From assembly GCA_965198125.1 (NCBI GenBank), contig CBDAOQ010000003.1, positions 2,447,953 through 2,511,952 of the forward strand: a stretch of 64,000 nucleotides of DNA, written 5' to 3'. Positions within the stretch are counted from its first letter, which is position 1, and every line of letters begins with the position of its first letter. Shown here in pieces: positions 62,351 to 64,000 of the stretch. Under the pieces are notes generated by a model. The model searched no databases. It had not been told where the DNA came from and saw only the letters and a list, made by a program, of their open reading frames with translations. The translations under genes and the position numbers were made by a program. Origin of the DNA: Candidatus Versatilivorator sp. GTDB taxonomy: Bacteria > Acidobacteriota > Terriglobia > Versatilivoradales > Versatilivoraceae.

Positions 62351-64000
62351 ATGTTCATCCGCCGCACCCAGACCCGCTCCACTCCCTCCGGTCAGACCTA
62401 CTTCACCCACCGCCTCGTCCGCTCCCATCGCCTCTCAGGCAAGGTCCGCCAGCAGACCCTGCTCAACCTCGGTCGCCACTTCTCCATCCCCCGCCATGAC
62501 TGGCCCCTGCTGTGCCGCCGTCTGGACGAGATCCTCAGCGGTCAGTTGCCCTTGATCCAGGAGGGTTCGACCCCGTTGGAGGAGGAAGCCCAACGCATGG
62601 CCGAGCGCTTGCTCGAGGGGGAAGCCGACGTGACCGGCACCGCTGGGGAGGCCTCTTCAGAGGACCTGCAGACGGTAGCGGTGGATTCGGTGGAGTTGAC
62701 CCGTCCGCGCAGCGTCGGGGTGGAGCAGGTGGGCCGGTGGGCGCTGGAGCAGTTGGGGTTGGTGGAGTTGCTGGGTGAGTTGGGGCTGAATGGACCGATG
62801 CGGGCGGCGGCGGTGGGGGCGATTGTGGGCCGTCTGGCCCGTCCCGGCTCGGAACGGGCCACCTGGGGCTGGCTCGGCCGGCGCAGCGGTTTGGGCGAGT
62901 TGCTGGACTTCGACTTCCAGACCCTGAGTCTGATGCAGATGTATCGGGCTTCAGACGCTTTGATGAGACACCGCCAGGCCATCGAGGCCCACCTGTTCAC
63001 CCGGGCCATGGGTCTGTTCGATCTGCAGCCGACCGTCACTCTGTTCGATCTGACCAACACCTTCTTCGAAGGGGCGGCCCGCCGTCAACCCAAGGCCCAG
63101 CGGGGGCACTCGAAGGAGAAGCGCAGCGACTGTCCCCTGCTGACCCTGGGGTTGGTGCTGGACGGGGCCGGGTTTGTGCGCCGCTCGCAGGTCTTTGCCG
63201 GCCGGGTGGATGAGCCCCGCACCCTGGCGGGGATGCTGGGGGCGCTCGAGGCGCCCCGGGGGGCCCTGGTGGTGATGGATCGGGGGGTGGCGACCGAGGA
63301 TCGCATCCAGTGGTTGAGGGAGGAAGGGTACCGCTATGTGGTGGCCAGCCGCCAAGGCCACCGGCAGTTCGACCCCGAACTGGCCCTGACCTTGGAGACC
63401 GCTTCCAAGGCCAGGTTACAGCTCCACAAGGAGGTCTCAGAGGACGGGGGGGAAGTGCGTCTCTACTGCCGTTCCGAGGAGCGGGCTCACAAGGAACGGG
63501 GTATTGTCGAGCGTTTCAGCCGGCGCTTCGAGCAGGGGCTCGCCCGAATCTCCGAGGGGCTCTCACGGCCGCGGGCTCACAAGGGCATCGAGAAGGTCCG
63601 GGAACGGATCGGGCGGTTGAAGGAGCAGAGTCGCGGGGTGGCTCAACACTACACCATCGAGGTCCTCACCAACGAGAGCGGCCGCAAGGCAACGGCCCTG
63701 ACCTGGAAGCGTCAGCCCCGCCAGGGCTCGATGGTCACTCATCCGGGGGTCTACTGCCTGCGCAGCAACCAGACCGACTGGGATGAGGAAAGCCTGTGGC
63801 GCACCTACACCACTCTGACCGACGTGGAAGCGGTGTTTCGCTCCCTGAAGTCCGAGCTGGGCCTGCGCCCCATCTATCATCACAAGCCGGTGCGGTCGGA
63901 AGGCCACCTGTTCCTGACCGTCATCGCCTATCAACTGGTGCAGGTCATCCGCAAACGCCTCAAGCAGCGGGGCGACTCCTCCAGTTGGACCACGCTGCGG
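62351..64000 (+). CDS. IS1634-family transposase, 3' end beyond the window
   Basis: MFIRRTQTRSTPSGQTYFTHRLVRSHRLSGKVRQQTLLNLG N-terminus characteristic of IS1634; ...EKRSDCPLLTLGLVLDGAGF...VVMDRGVATED...YTTLTDVEAVFRSLKSELGLRPIYHHK...; stop-free frame of exactly 550 codons to the window end (not in the ORF track because it has no stop). Confidence 0.75.
   Translation, partial: MFIRRTQTRSTPSGQTYFTHRLVRSHRLSGKVRQQTLLNLGRHFSIPRHDWPLLCRRLDEILSGQLPLIQEGSTPLEEEAQRMAERLLEGEADVTGTAGEASSEDLQTVAVDSVELTRPRSVGVEQVGRWALEQLGLVELLGELGLNGPMRAAAVGAIVGRLARPGSERATWGWLGRRSGLGELLDFDFQTLSLMQMYRASDALMRHRQAIEAHLFTRAMGLFDLQPTVTLFDLTNTFFEGAARRQPKAQRGHSKEKRSDCPLLTLGLVLDGAGFVRRSQVFAGRVDEPRTLAGMLGALEAPRGALVVMDRGVATEDRIQWLREEGYRYVVASRQGHRQFDPELALTLETASKARLQLHKEVSEDGGEVRLYCRSEERAHKERGIVERFSRRFEQGLARISEGLSRPRAHKGIEKVRERIGRLKEQSRGVAQHYTIEVLTNESGRKATALTWKRQPRQGSMVTHPGVYCLRSNQTDWDEESLWRTYTTLTDVEAVFRSLKSELGLRPIYHHKPVRSEGHLFLTVIAYQLVQVIRKRLKQRGDSSSWTTLR

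Overview
High-GC (about 65-70%) bacterial window, probably from an uncultured genome; I cannot name the organism. It splits into three blocks. Block 1 (1-14.2 kb): a membrane-anchored Ser/Thr kinase gene that runs off the 5' end, then an 11.6-kb gene for a 3,863-aa secreted giant protein built from tandem Ig-like, cadherin-like and FN3 repeats with an unexpected internal PEP-utilizing/ATP-grasp module. Block 2 (14.2-42.5 kb): a low-GC insert with a PPC-domain protein, an MFS transporter, a vapBC pair, a hydantoinase A/B plus racemase operon, a small toxin-antitoxin island (hicAB cut by a MITE, brnTA frameshifted), an eight-gene N-methylglutamate-type methylamine cluster on the minus strand (mgdABCD-gmaS-mgsABC by homology and gene order) containing a palindromic element that pairs the mgdC stop with the mgdD start, and a repeat-rich 1.3-kb leader upstream of that cluster. 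Block 3 (42.5-64 kb): a mobile-element graveyard (IS4/IS5-like IS nested in a MITE plus a second copy, an IS630 element, ISXO2/IS3/integrase remnants, MITEs, a partial IS1634 at the window end), toxin-antitoxin pairs, small hendecad-repeat membrane proteins, and a three-aminotransferase plus SDR cluster. No rRNA, tRNA or CRISPR array was found. Several genes carry single frameshifts or nonsense codons, so coordinates of disrupted genes are approximate.
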